Source: Saprospiraceae bacterium (GTDB taxonomy: Bacteria > Bacteroidota > Bacteroidia > Chitinophagales > Saprospiraceae). Taken from it: a DNA stretch of 64,000 nt. Both the position numbers and the translations under genes were made by a program. Within the stretch, counting starts at the first letter, position 1. Each line of letters opens with the position of its first letter. The notes under the pieces were generated by a model. That model saw only the letters and a list, made by a program, of their open reading frames with translations. It did no database searches and was not told where the DNA came from. Of the stretch, positions 1-10,001 are shown piece by piece. Location: contig CBDCVP010000021.1 in the NCBI GenBank assembly GCA_965223025.1, positions 332,920 through 396,919 on the forward strand. The letters are read 5' to 3'.

Positions 1-305
1 TAATGCCGGCAGGAAAGAACAGTAACAGATGAGTTTTCAGATGGAGGTTTTTAAATCATGGCCACAGATAGTCTGGATCTGATAAGGTACATACTAGAAT
101 TGGATTAGTTTATCAACATCACCTGAGAGCTTTTTGCATTGACTGTTTACCCTTGAACTGGATCTTAATTTTTGTTAAGTATCGAGGCTCAACGATGATC
201 GCTTTCAAGATTTTGGTAGTGCTTTTTATCTATCTAGATGCCTAGATGCCCAAACATTTAGGGGACTATTCATTTTTTTAATTTCTGATATCCAAAGCAG
301 AGAGG

Positions 306-1976
306 ATGTCAGCACTCAAATCTATGAACCTCACTACAACTCTTGTTAGAAATCAGCGAGCTCTTAAACTACTTGGAAATTCGGAATTTCTCCAGGAGTG
401 GCAGGAACTGATTGCCCACTCAGCAGGTTTTTGTCAACTTCAATCTCCAGATTTTTTATCTATCTGGTATCAAGTTTACAAGGATCGATTTGATCCGTTA
501 ATTATCTTATCAAAGAATGAGAAGAATATGTTGGTTGGTCTAATCGCTTTGGCCTGGCAGAAAGGGAAGGAAAAACTAGTTCACGCTGGAAATGCCGAGT
601 ACCATGGTTGGCTGGCAACTGAATCTGCAACCAGGCCATTCTTAAGGGATGTTGTCACCATTGTCAAAGAGGAGATAAAGGTGAAAAAGTGGTCATGGAG
701 CTGGCTTCCTTCAGGACTTGATGTGGCTCCCTTGATGGCAGCGATCGACCATAACTCATACATTCATGTAGAATCGACACGCGCTCCCATTTGGAGATTG
801 GAGGATGAAGAAAAGCTCGACAAATTGCTTAAGAGTCGGTCTTTGAGATCAAAGTTTAATCGTTTTAGAAATCGAGGCGACTTCCGCTTTGAAGTTATCC
901 GAGATGCAGCGATTGTTCGTGAAGTTTTGCAAACGGCCCAGTACCAATGTGATTTTAGAAGGGAGGCGAAGAACAACAATCGCCCATTTTACGAGGATCC
1001 TTGCAAGATTGAGTTTGCTACCAAATTGACAGCTTTGACCGGTGCTCTTCATGTCAGCTCACTGTGGTTGGACAAAAAGCTCTTAGCTTGTCATGTCGGT
1101 GTGAGGGATGATCAGCGAGTTTGTTTGGGAATGATCAGCTTTGATCCTTCCGAGAGTAAGCAGTCACCTGGCACTTTGCTGCTTGTGAAGTTGGCATCTC
1201 ATCTGGGTAAGAATGGTTACAACTTATTTGACCTAACACCCGGGACTGATTCTTACAAGGACAGGTTTGCCAATACCTATGAACTTTTGTACCGCCCGAC
1301 TATATGCTTTGCATGGGATGCTTACTTGAAAGTGAAGTCAAGAAAACGATTCGCCCTTTTCTGCAAGAAACTGCTTGCTGCATTTCAAGTGGATATTCCC
1401 ACAATGAGGAGCTGGAAAACTAACCTATTGGAACTATCTCATGTGCTAAAGACGCTCCTGTCGATGAAAGCACTCCTGAAAATTGGTCAAGCTTCTATTA
1501 ATATTAAGAGGAGGCTGCTTATGGAGGTTGACGGAGAGAGATTATCAGCCAATATGGAGGATGTTTCGTTGATTGAAAAGCAAAATTATGCCGACCTATT
1601 GCTATATCAGGACAGTGCACCATTCATTACCAGAAGGGGACTGTTGAAAGATGCCCTAAAGAAATTTGCCAAAGGTGAGATCCTGTTTTCGAAGAGTAAA
1701 AACAAAAGATTGCAATGGTATTGTTGGATGAAGGAAGTGAAAGACCTGGGTCAATGGTGTAGTGAGAAGCGAATAAAGGTTATTGAGGTTGAGGGTAAAG
1801 CAAAAGTATTATATGATGGTTATTCCTCATCTGAGATTAGCTCCGGGGATTATGCGCGCTATTTCATGCATGCTTTGCAGCATTTGTCACCAAGTGCCGA
1901 TGAAAGATTATTTGTGCTGGTAGACAAGAAGCTTTCATCTTCCTTTATCCGCGAACTACAGGTTCTGAAGAGTTGA
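306..1976 (+). CDS. FemAB/CelD-like acyltransferase (Acetyltransf_6, GNAT fold) with a C-terminal extension of about 170 aa of unknown function
   Basis: 556-aa ORF. The central region has the FDLTPGxDxYKDRF-type motif and layout of BioF2/CelD-like acetyltransferases. The C-terminal third is not recognisable. Confidence 0.45.
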   Translation: MSALKSMNLTTTLVRNQRALKLLGNSEFLQEWQELIAHSAGFCQLQSPDFLSIWYQVYKDRFDPLIILSKNEKNMLVGLIALAWQKGKEKLVHAGNAEYHGWLATESATRPFLRDVVTIVKEEIKVKKWSWSWLPSGLDVAPLMAAIDHNSYIHVESTRAPIWRLEDEEKLDKLLKSRSLRSKFNRFRNRGDFRFEVIRDAAIVREVLQTAQYQCDFRREAKNNNRPFYEDPCKIEFATKLTALTGALHVSSLWLDKKLLACHVGVRDDQRVCLGMISFDPSESKQSPGTLLLVKLASHLGKNGYNLFDLTPGTDSYKDRFANTYELLYRPTICFAWDAYLKVKSRKRFALFCKKLLAAFQVDIPTMRSWKTNLLELSHVLKTLLSMKALLKIGQASINIKRRLLMEVDGERLSANMEDVSLIEKQNYADLLLYQDSAPFITRRGLLKDALKKFAKGEILFSKSKNKRLQWYCWMKEVKDLGQWCSEKRIKVIEVEGKAKVLYDGYSSSEISSGDYARYFMHALQHLSPSADERLFVLVDKKLSSSFIRELQVLKS

Positions 1977-2321
1977 TTATTTTGGACTTTGTTCTTGGTG
2001 ACGGATACATAGAAAACAACGGTTATATCCATAATGAAAGGGTGTAGGCGGCCTTCCTGCGTGATTGATTTCGAGCCTCGTCCAGGTGACAAATGCTAAA
2101 TTCTTAGGTGTACTCAGACACACACCAAAGCTTGACTACATCAGTCAGTCTTTTGAAAGGTGCCAGATAATAGGTGCAGTGAGAAAATAAGTCATTGCGA
2201 CTTTCGTTTTATCATCATCACACTCGCAAAATTCTTTTGCGGTACATTCTTCTATTTTTTTTGAAGCGGACTCTCAGAGCGGTTTATACTTTCTTTTTAA
2301 CCAATCTTAAAACTTCATAAT

Positions 2322-5300
2322 ATGAATGGAAGAAGCGCTACCTTGATCGCGATTTGTTTAGTATTAAGCATCTTGCACCTCAATGCACAAACAGTCGTTT
2401 GGTCAAAAGTCAAATCTCAGGCTGTCCGTGGCTTTACTTCTTACGACCTATTTACTATAAACAAGGATTTTGCCAGGGAGGAGGGAAATGTGAAAGAAAT
2501 ACTGCTCCAGAGCGATGTATTAGATATCAATGCTGATGTACTAGAGACCTTGGTCAAACAAGATCAGGAAGCGATCCAAATTGCGATTCCTAGTGCAGGG
2601 AAAACCTTTCAACTCGATTTGGTGCAATCAAATTTTGTATCAGATGACTTTCGAATACATTTGTCATCGGGTAGGCGATTGGAGGCCAACCATGGACTGT
2701 ATTACTGGGGAGTAGTGAACGGCGTGGAGGAATCAATGTCGGCCATATCCGTCTATGACGGAGAGCTCTCAGGCCTGATCTCACTGGAGGGTGAAGTGTA
2801 TAACATTGTGAGAGAAGAAGGTGCTCAACGATATCTTTTCTTCAAAGAGAAGGACCTGAATATCGAAAATCCATTTGATTGTTTTGTAGATGAATCCAGC
2901 CATTATATCGGTCAGCCTAACCAAGTAGGCCAACGTAATCTCTTAGCCGCTAACAGTGACAATTGTGTCAATGTGTATGTGGAGGTTGATCATGATATTG
3001 TCGTGAGTAAGGGAGGAGCTCAGCAGGCGGCTGATTATGTGATGGCTGCTTTCAATCAGGTAGCAATATTGTATGCCAACGAGGAGATCAACTTCCAAAT
3101 AAGCGAAATGCTGGTGTGGGATGTAGAAGATCCCTACACGGGCCCCAGCACCAGTGATCACCTAAATCAATTCCAATCTAGACTCTCTGGACAATACAAT
3201 GGAGACATGGCGCATCTGGTTGGCAACAAAGGTGGGGGTGGCATTGCTTATGTTGATGCCCTTTGCCGCAAATCTGTCGCGTTGGGATACAGCGACATAG
3301 GCAACACATTTAGCAATGTGCCGGCCTACAGCTGGACGATTGAAGTATTGACCCACGAGATTGGACATGTTCTGGGATCTCCACATACTCATTCTTGTGC
3401 CTGGAACGGCGACAACACCGCCATCGATGGTTGCGGGTCATCACTGGGATACGGTGGTTGTGATGGCCCTATTCCAAATATGGGAACCATCATGAGCTAC
3501 TGCCACCTGGTGCAGGGCGCAGGCATCGATTTTAATCTGGGCTTCGGTCCTCAGCCTGGAGACCTGATTAGGGATCGAGTTTATAATGCGGGTTGCCTTT
3601 CCTCTTGTGGGGCAGGAACCCGGATAGATGCAGCCATCTCTGCAGTTGGATCTCCCGTGGGACAGATCTGCGTTTCCGTTGAATTGATCCCAAGCATTAC
3701 TCTAACTAATGCCGGGACGGAACTTATCACCAGTGTCGCCGTTAACTACCGAGTAGATAATGGCACTGTGCACACATTCCATTGGACTGGATCATTGGCA
3801 GCAGGGAGCTCCCAGGAAGTGATGCTCCCCGTCCTGGTGGTGACTCCTGGAACTCATACCTTCACCGCAACAACCTCAGACCCCAATGGAACTGTAGATG
3901 ATAATCCTGCTAATGATAGTCATAATGTCGACTTTACCGTGGTGGAGACATTGGTCTTTTATGCCGATTCAGATGGAGATGGATTCGGAGATCCAAACTA
4001 CTATATCGAGGACTGCTCTGCACCTTTGGGCTACGTCGCAGATGATACAGATTGTAACGATAATGACGCTATGGCCTATCCAGGAGCCTCATGTAACGAT
4101 GAAGATGCTTGTACCAGCGACGATGAGCTTGATGAACAATGCCAGTGTTCTGGTACTTTTCAGGACAGCGATGGTGATGGAGTCTGCAACTCCAATGACA
4201 TCTGCGAAGGAGGTGATGATAATGTCGATTCAGACAATGATGGGATTCCTGATTTTTGTGATTGCTCCCAAGAATCAATCGCCTTTTCAAACAATCCGCT
4301 AAATCACAGCGGCAGTGGGAGTAGTACGACCATGGTTGTCTTGGATTTGAATAGCAATGATGCCTCATTTAGCATTGCTGGTCTGGATGCGGTATTAAAA
4401 GGTAATCCGACGCAAAGATATGAGGATGTGGTCGTGATCACCTATGTAGACGGAAATGGTACAAGCCTAACTTACGGCACATTTAGTGGAGATACGATGA
4501 ATGAGGTTACCATCTCGATACAAGATGTTGTCAGCTCCATTACCGTAACGTTACAGGATGGATATGACGGAAATAGTCAAGGGCAGTCCGTCAGCCTAAG
4601 CGAGGTCGTGTATTGTGCTTCAGGAAATCCATGTGTGGATACAGATGAAGATGGTGTCTGTGATGAAAATGATCCATGTCCCAACCTGGATCAAACCAAC
4701 CTTTCCTTTGATCCGGCCTCTCTCATGCATGCTGGAATTGGAGCGAATTCGAGCCTGTTATCAATGCCTGCAAATACTTCAGAAGTTGCATTTACGATTT
4801 CCAATTTGAATGCCAGAACCAATGGTAATCCCAGACGCAGATATATTGAAGTAGCAACGGTCTATTTTGATGATGGTACTGGAGAACAGATTCTTAAGGT
4901 CTTTCGAGGTGATCAGATTGGAAGTGCCGAAATTCATATTTCCGGTGTAGTAAGAAATGTTCGAGTAGAGCTTTCGGACGGATATAATAATGGTGCGAAT
5001 GGTCAGAATCTGAGCATTTCATTGGGTGATGCGACAGCTTGTGTTTTGCCTGCAAGTCTCACTGAGATGGCTGCACCGGTGGATGACTTACAGATATCGG
5101 TCTTTCCAAACCCAGCGACCGATCAAATGGTAGTAGATTTTTCGACCCAGGTGACCTCAGGTAGTCTACGGCTGTCCGATATTTTGGGCAACCAGATCAG
5201 CATTCTTCCGGTATCAAATCAAAGGAGCATCGGGCTAGATCTTCACGAGCATGGTGTTGCTCAGGGAGTGCTCTTGCTAACCTTAAGCACAGCAAAGGGT

Positions 5301-5336
5301 CAAATTCAGTCGAAACGGGTGATCGTGAGTCATTAA
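2322..5336 (+). CDS. Secreted zinc metalloprotease (metzincin-type HEIGHVLGSPH motif) with thrombospondin-type-3-like Asp-rich calcium-binding repeats and a T9SS C-terminal sorting domain
   Basis: N-terminal signal peptide. HExxHxxGxxH at nt 3354-3386. Repeated DSDGDGFGD / DTDEDGVCDENDPC motifs. The last about 80 aa match the Por-secretion CTD pattern (FPNPA...KGQIQSKRVIV). Confidence 0.75.
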   Translation: MNGRSATLIAICLVLSILHLNAQTVVWSKVKSQAVRGFTSYDLFTINKDFAREEGNVKEILLQSDVLDINADVLETLVKQDQEAIQIAIPSAGKTFQLDLVQSNFVSDDFRIHLSSGRRLEANHGLYYWGVVNGVEESMSAISVYDGELSGLISLEGEVYNIVREEGAQRYLFFKEKDLNIENPFDCFVDESSHYIGQPNQVGQRNLLAANSDNCVNVYVEVDHDIVVSKGGAQQAADYVMAAFNQVAILYANEEINFQISEMLVWDVEDPYTGPSTSDHLNQFQSRLSGQYNGDMAHLVGNKGGGGIAYVDALCRKSVALGYSDIGNTFSNVPAYSWTIEVLTHEIGHVLGSPHTHSCAWNGDNTAIDGCGSSLGYGGCDGPIPNMGTIMSYCHLVQGAGIDFNLGFGPQPGDLIRDRVYNAGCLSSCGAGTRIDAAISAVGSPVGQICVSVELIPSITLTNAGTELITSVAVNYRVDNGTVHTFHWTGSLAAGSSQEVMLPVLVVTPGTHTFTATTSDPNGTVDDNPANDSHNVDFTVVETLVFYADSDGDGFGDPNYYIEDCSAPLGYVADDTDCNDNDAMAYPGASCNDEDACTSDDELDEQCQCSGTFQDSDGDGVCNSNDICEGGDDNVDSDNDGIPDFCDCSQESIAFSNNPLNHSGSGSSTTMVVLDLNSNDASFSIAGLDAVLKGNPTQRYEDVVVITYVDGNGTSLTYGTFSGDTMNEVTISIQDVVSSITVTLQDGYDGNSQGQSVSLSEVVYCASGNPCVDTDEDGVCDENDPCPNLDQTNLSFDPASLMHAGIGANSSLLSMPANTSEVAFTISNLNARTNGNPRRRYIEVATVYFDDGTGEQILKVFRGDQIGSAEIHISGVVRNVRVELSDGYNNGANGQNLSISLGDATACVLPASLTEMAAPVDDLQISVFPNPATDQMVVDFSTQVTSGSLRLSDILGNQISILPVSNQRSIGLDLHEHGVAQGVLLLTLSTAKGQIQSKRVIVSH

Positions 5337-5582
5337 GAACAACATAAGGCACCAGTGAGTCACTCAGAAAAGTGTCATCTTTATAAAATCAGTCATTTTT
5401 GAATTGGTTTTCTTTTGGGACTGGGCTCAATTGTGTGGTGGAGGCCCTAGGGAGCAAGATTATCTCAGGAGAAGACAATTTAGATTGGGCACTCGTCTAA
5501 AAAGAGGTGATTTTATCAGCGGCTGGATCATCGTCCTTGTCCGACCGGAAAAGATTACGTCCTGACGCACATCTGACGGCTT

Positions 5583-7097
5583 CTAATCCAATGTCAATAT
5601 GGCCCGCAGCGGGGGTTCAACACCCTCAATATTAAATTGAAATAGATGCTGATTATTATTCCATAAGATGGATGAGTCCATGGGAGGCAAGACCAAAGTA
5701 TTATTACTCACAGGTACATAATCGATGTCATCTTCCACGCCACCAAGCTCCGTTATCTTGTAGATCTTCCCCTCCGATGGAGTGACCATACAATGGTAGA
5801 TCGAATATGCAGAGCGAGACTCTTCGTCAAGAGTCTCATTGATGAAAGAGAATACTGATAGATCGATACCGTGACTGGCAAGTGAAGCAGCTGTACCACA
5901 TAGGTCAGGTATTTCTTTACATGTGTCCATACCATCGCTGAGGAGGAAAACCAATTTGCGATTGCGCCTGGCAGAAAACATGGTTTTGGTGAGTTGCAAT
6001 CTGCGATTGAGAGGTGTATGACCATATGGTCTCGCATGATCGATCTGAACCATTAATTCACGACGACTAACCGTCGCGATGGGATGATCTAAAATCATAC
6101 TGGTGACATCGCAATCCTGTCCTACTGATATGGCACCGATAAAGACTTGTGATCGCATATGCATCGCGATGTACAATGCCAATTGCTGTGCAATGTGAAA
6201 TTTTGATGTTTCCGCAGCCCATCCAACTGGGTCTTCCATAGATCCACTAAAATCGATGCAAAGGATGATTTCATCATACTGTGACAATTCGCTGAGAATA
6301 AGACGATAATTGTGGGGTAATAAATCATAATCCAATTCAGGCAGCAATGTTGTGCTGTTGAGAGAATCGACATTCAAGGAGTCAAAAGCTATCTGTTTAC
6401 CTGCCAAAATATTTTGCTCATAGGGATCTGCAGGAATCGGCAACCCGGCCATGGTTAATTTGGCATAAAGTGTATCTAAATTTCGCTGTGCATACTCGTT
6501 TTCTGGATTGTACATCAGTGCCTGTCGAAAATGGTGAATAGCCATTTTGATAAATTCATGACGTACAATACACACCGGATCCTTTGCTCCTCGATTGGTG
6601 CTGAGCCCCCTGGCGGTAATGGAGAGATATCCACGAGCATTTTCGATATCCGAGAAAAAGCCATAGTCCGGTGAGAAGGACCTTTGCATAAATAGAGCGG
6701 CAGCATTCAGTGTTTTTTCCGCCACTTTAAAATCGGGCCAACCTCTTTTACTGAGAATTTGAGTTATTGCTGTATAATAGTGGAAGAGGGCTTGTTCATT
6801 GTGTTGTGACATCACAAACGGATTCCGCTTGAGTACTTCTGCAGCCGTCGATACTTGATCGGTCTCTAGTAAGTAATTGATGGATTGATCGAATAGATTG
6901 ATGTCATGTCGAAACGCCATTTTGTGATCCATGAAAAAATCAACAACGTTTTGATGTCTTTTAGCTTGTGCTTCTTTGATAAGTCTATGAAAAACTGATT
7001 GGGAGATGCTGTCAAGTTCGTTGGTTTCTTGACAAGTGGGAGTGGCATGGCCTACGCCGATAAGGAGCACGGCCAGCAAGTAGGTAGCTTCTTTCAC
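5583..7097 (-). CDS. von Willebrand factor A (vWA) domain protein with signal peptide and N-terminal TPR-like helical region
   Basis: MIDAS motif DFSGSME followed by a typical vWA alpha/beta pattern (LLSDGMDT). Hydrophobic N-terminus. Confidence 0.6.
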   Translation of the reverse strand: MKEATYLLAVLLIGVGHATPTCQETNELDSISQSVFHRLIKEAQAKRHQNVVDFFMDHKMAFRHDINLFDQSINYLLETDQVSTAAEVLKRNPFVMSQHNEQALFHYYTAITQILSKRGWPDFKVAEKTLNAAALFMQRSFSPDYGFFSDIENARGYLSITARGLSTNRGAKDPVCIVRHEFIKMAIHHFRQALMYNPENEYAQRNLDTLYAKLTMAGLPIPADPYEQNILAGKQIAFDSLNVDSLNSTTLLPELDYDLLPHNYRLILSELSQYDEIILCIDFSGSMEDPVGWAAETSKFHIAQQLALYIAMHMRSQVFIGAISVGQDCDVTSMILDHPIATVSRRELMVQIDHARPYGHTPLNRRLQLTKTMFSARRNRKLVFLLSDGMDTCKEIPDLCGTAASLASHGIDLSVFSFINETLDEESRSAYSIYHCMVTPSEGKIYKITELGGVEDDIDYVPVSNNTLVLPPMDSSILWNNNQHLFQFNIEGVEPPLRAILTLD

Positions 7098-7544
7098 TGG
7101 TCTGATCGAAATAAGTTAGGTTAGTACTGAGCCAATAATAGTTGGTTTCCAACTTAGAAGACAATGGAATTGCTGAGGGGTTGCATTTCAAAGACGAAGA
7201 TAATCTGGAAAATGTTGCGCGATGCAATGAAAACTGAAGTCACAAAACCAGATCGGTATCGAAATCTCAGTTGCTGAACGACCTATGAGAATCAGATCTA
7301 TTGGATAAAAGCCTCCTCCTCCGAGTGCTGGGCCAAAACAAGGCCAAGGGAGTCGAATCGTAACTTATCATCTATGGTTGGTCTCTGGTGTGATATCCTT
7401 TGTCAGTAAAAATCGTATATCCCCACTATGCTTGTTTTCCTGGCTTGTCTACCCCGAAATAGCTATGATTAAAAGGTGAATTTCTTGTTTGGCAGTCTTA
7501 GACTATCAAGAATATATAGATACATTTAGGGAAAAATCTAGAAG

Positions 7545-8675
7545 ATGGAAAATACGCTCACCTACGACGGAGACTTTGATTTGGTCATCAAAAAAAGCCA
7601 TGATTTTCCTGTGGTCATTCAGTTTTATGCCGATTGGTGTGGACCTTGTAGGACCTTGAAACCTGTGTTGCAGCAGCTTGCAGATGACAATCAGTCTAGT
7701 TGGCTGTTGGCTATGGTTGATGTGGAGAAACATCCGCAGGTGGCAGCTCTCTATGAAGTAAGAAGCATTCCACAAGTGCACCTGTTGCACCGAGGAGCCT
7801 CCGTCGCTTCATTTACGGGGGCTCGCCCGAAGTACATTATCGAGAATTGGCTGGATGGTAACCTACCAAAAGATGAATCCAGTATCCCCGTCGACAGGGA
7901 CCTGGCTGAGGTAGAGTCGTCACTGAAAAAAGGAAATGTTGATGGGGCCACGCATCGTTTGTTGGATATGCTTGAGCGCGAAATTCCTGATTCACCACTG
8001 GTAAAACTGTTGAATGCCTTGAGAGCAACGGGAAGAAAAAACGCCAAAGCCAGGCAAGTGTTGGACCAGGTAGATCGCAAGGGAGTTTTCGGTAGCATAG
8101 CCAAGCGGATACGTGATCTCATTGATATGGATGAAAATGAAAAAGATGTGCATACACCTGGTAGCAGTCCCTATAGACCGGCGGTTAATTCTACGAATCA
8201 GCGCATCGACATTCATAATTTTGATGCTCATCTGCTCGCACAGCTAGTGCACGACGGTGTGAATGAAGTACGGCAGGGTAAAGGTGCATCCAGTCTAAGA
8301 GAAGACAGTATTTTATTGGCGGCGGCCACTGACCAGAATATCTACCAACTCAAACATGATGTTCTCTCACACTACCAGGAGAACCCTAACAAGAAAACAG
8401 TAAAGGAAAGGGTAGATACCTTCGGAGGTACTTATTCGACAGTAGGGGAGAACGTGCAGTATCAGGGTATGATGGTGCGGCAATGGAGCGATGGACGTAA
8501 GGAGATCATGACGGACTCTTATAATAACATGGCCGACACGATCGTGCAGAACTGGGTAAACTCTCCAGGTCATTATCGGAATATGATCAATCAGGATTTT
8601 ACCAGATCTGGTACGGCCATTGGTTGGAATCCTGAGAATAATTCCATCTTTGCTACGCAAGTGTTTGCTGGATGA
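7545..8675 (+). CDS. Thioredoxin-TPR-CAP (SCP/PR1-like) fusion protein with a CnoX/YbbN-like N-terminal half
   Basis: WCGPC thioredoxin active site at nt 7635-7649 inside a Trx fold. Helical TPR-like middle region. The C-terminal 150 aa carry CAP_bacterial/YkwD-like motifs (SPGHYRNMIN...TQVFAG). No signal peptide. Confidence 0.6.
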   Translation: MENTLTYDGDFDLVIKKSHDFPVVIQFYADWCGPCRTLKPVLQQLADDNQSSWLLAMVDVEKHPQVAALYEVRSIPQVHLLHRGASVASFTGARPKYIIENWLDGNLPKDESSIPVDRDLAEVESSLKKGNVDGATHRLLDMLEREIPDSPLVKLLNALRATGRKNAKARQVLDQVDRKGVFGSIAKRIRDLIDMDENEKDVHTPGSSPYRPAVNSTNQRIDIHNFDAHLLAQLVHDGVNEVRQGKGASSLREDSILLAAATDQNIYQLKHDVLSHYQENPNKKTVKERVDTFGGTYSTVGENVQYQGMMVRQWSDGRKEIMTDSYNNMADTIVQNWVNSPGHYRNMINQDFTRSGTAIGWNPENNSIFATQVFAG

Positions 8676-8867
8676 AAATCGAGTGGAGCTCGATTGGATG
8701 GATATAGAGACCCTATGCGAAGAATGATGTGCCGTTAGTTTTAGGACTGATTTTCTGCTGGCTAAGTATAGGGGAGGGATCCAGAACTCGAAAAAGACTG
8801 ACCACCTATTGTTGCCAATTAAGGGGCAGCTCTAAGACTGAAGGTTGAAATAGCCGGCACATGAAAA

Positions 8868-9938
8868 CTACCTTTGGACCTCCTCGTACACTGTCCGCAT
8901 AGCTGCCATTTTGCTGGTATCGATGGCGATGGCATAGGTGGTAAACATCATGACTCCACTGGCTTGTCCGCTCATGCCACCCCTCAAAACCATCTCAAAC
9001 TCTTTGGCCGAGATAGCATAGGGATCATCATAAGCCTGGACAATAGGCCACACCTTGGGACCTATGTTATCTTTAATGCCTAATCTGTCGCAAAACCATC
9101 GGATGTTATCACCTACCCATTCAGGCTTTCTTCCCATTCTGCCGTGGTACACCATAGGAGAGAAGACATCAACCCAATCTTTCAGCAGATCATAATCTAG
9201 CCCTAAGATCCGGCGACGCGCGCCTGCAAATTCTTGATCATCCCATGGACAGTGAAATAATCCTAAGAGTGCATTAGGTCGTACTTCCTTTATAATCTTC
9301 TTGACCTGCAAGACCCATTCTTTGACGATGAGACAGCGCCAATCGCGCCAGGCCACGTCATGGTTTTCTAATATCCAGGCCGCCTTTAAGTCGGTGCTAT
9401 CTCCTGGAATGTTTACTCCCAGATAATGCGCAAACTTTTCCAGACAATGAGGACAAAAACAGGTTTCTGGAAGGATGGGTACTGGCTCCTCAAATTGAGC
9501 ATGCCAATGCACATAATCCATCCAGACACCATCCAGTGGAAATTGAACAAGCAGCTTCCTCAATTGGTCAATGCGATATGCTCTGAATCCTGGCTCGGTG
9601 GGGCATACACCCATAAACCATCCCGCTGGACTTACTTGTCTACCCTGTGCATTGATGGCCCATGCTTCAGGATGTTGATCTACATAATCCTTTCCGTTAA
9701 GGGTTGCATATTCGGCAAATACCTTTAGACCATTTGCTTGGGCCTTGGTGACCATATCGGTTGTGATAGATCCACTGTGTACAAAGATTGCGTTTACACC
9801 CAGTTCAGCGAGTTTCCATCCCTTGTCCCATAGAGGTTTTGGATTCCCATAAACACCGCGGATCTCCACGTTCAAAGCACTTGACTCCTGGCACGACGTC
9901 AGAGAAGGTGAGCCCAGCAAAATTACGCACCAGAGCAT
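8868..9938 (-). CDS. Putative glycoside-hydrolase-like TIM-barrel lipoprotein (GHL10/DUF4015-like)
   Basis: The ORF track extends to 10070, but that extension runs into the IS982 terminal repeat. The internal Met at 9938 starts a lipoprotein-type signal (MLWCVILLGSPSLTSC). Start trimmed for this reason. Confidence 0.45.
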   Translation of the reverse strand: MLWCVILLGSPSLTSCQESSALNVEIRGVYGNPKPLWDKGWKLAELGVNAIFVHSGSITTDMVTKAQANGLKVFAEYATLNGKDYVDQHPEAWAINAQGRQVSPAGWFMGVCPTEPGFRAYRIDQLRKLLVQFPLDGVWMDYVHWHAQFEEPVPILPETCFCPHCLEKFAHYLGVNIPGDSTDLKAAWILENHDVAWRDWRCLIVKEWVLQVKKIIKEVRPNALLGLFHCPWDDQEFAGARRRILGLDYDLLKDWVDVFSPMVYHGRMGRKPEWVGDNIRWFCDRLGIKDNIGPKVWPIVQAYDDPYAISAKEFEMVLRGGMSGQASGVMMFTTYAIAIDTSKMAAMRTVYEEVQR

Positions 9939-10001
9939 GTTGAGACTTATGTTCAGATAATCCCCCATTGAAACGATCAAATGTTGAGTGAAATCTGATC
10001 T

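Noticed and set aside
2224-2260. Hairpin CGCAAAATTCTTTTGCG followed by a T-run, about 250 bp downstream of the acyltransferase gene
   Set aside because: It could be a terminator, but it is distant from the stop codon and the stem is short and AT-rich. Not reported as a feature.
3898-4368. Overlapping 134-aa (+) and 99-aa (-) ORFs
   Set aside because: They are inside the metalloprotease gene in alternative frames or antisense. The His/Met-rich composition is an artefact of the Asp-rich repeat coding sequence.
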